A stretch of DNA of 61,934 nt from Octopus bimaculoides (lineage: Eukaryota): assembly GCF_001194135.2 (NCBI RefSeq), contig NC_068990.1, positions 13,878,333 through 13,940,266 on the forward strand, given 5' to 3'. This document shows, one piece after another, positions 61,640-61,934 of this stretch (the first letter of the stretch is position 1; every line of letters begins with the position of its first letter). The notes under the pieces are model-generated. The model saw nothing but the letters and a program-made list of their open reading frames with translations. It was not told where the DNA came from and searched no databases. Made by a program: the position numbers and the translations under genes.

Positions 61640-61680
61640 GTGAGTCAGACAGACGGACGCGGTTCTTATTATAGTATAGA
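61640..61680 (-). mobile_element. Helitron-type 5' terminus
   Basis: Reverse complement reads A|TCTATACTATAATAAGAACCGCGTCCGTCTGTCTG: a TC start after a host A, followed by GTCT repeats. Confidence 0.6.
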
Positions 61681-61934
61681 TTAAATTATATTTATTGTAA
61701 TATATTATGTTAATAAATTATATCTAAAATATGTCAATCGTAAATCTTCATTTTCTTTTAATTATTGTACATTGAATATATACCCTGTAAGGTTGTGAAA
61801 AGTCCTCTCTACCAAATTGGGTATTTACTGAAAAACCAGTGGAAAATTAGATGCTTTTCCATCCCTATAAAGGAATTTGCTTTTCCCTGTATTGAATTTA
61901 TATATATATATATGTATATGTATAGATCGGAAGA

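Overview
This is AT-rich eukaryotic DNA from a fragmented draft assembly, with many N gaps that mostly abut (TA)n runs. The SINE families look like those of octopus (coleoid cephalopod), which I infer from recalled consensus sequences and not from a database search. I could not support any intact protein-coding gene, rRNA, tRNA gene or CRISPR array. Almost all long ORFs in the track are microsatellite or N-gap artefacts. The window is intronic or intergenic and filled with repeats. (1) About 25 tRNA-derived SINE copies fall into three or four families. (2) Decayed LINE fragments include RTE (several), a CR1/L2-like 3' end, an APE+RT remnant, an R4/Dong 3' end sitting in (TAA)n, and Penelope-like pieces with a hammerhead-like motif. 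(3) DNA-transposon remnants include a Chapaev3-like transposase, mariner/Tc1, hAT and CACTG-ended MITEs, and an internally deleted Helitron that keeps a recognisable 3' terminus. (4) There are three long foldback structures: 4832-5330 (about 95% arm identity, with nested palindromes), 25500-25965, and 45294-46356 (one arm split by a SINE). A few short segments have good splice signals, best at minus 21259-21318, but they do not chain into a recognisable protein. All alignments and identities were done by eye and are approximate.
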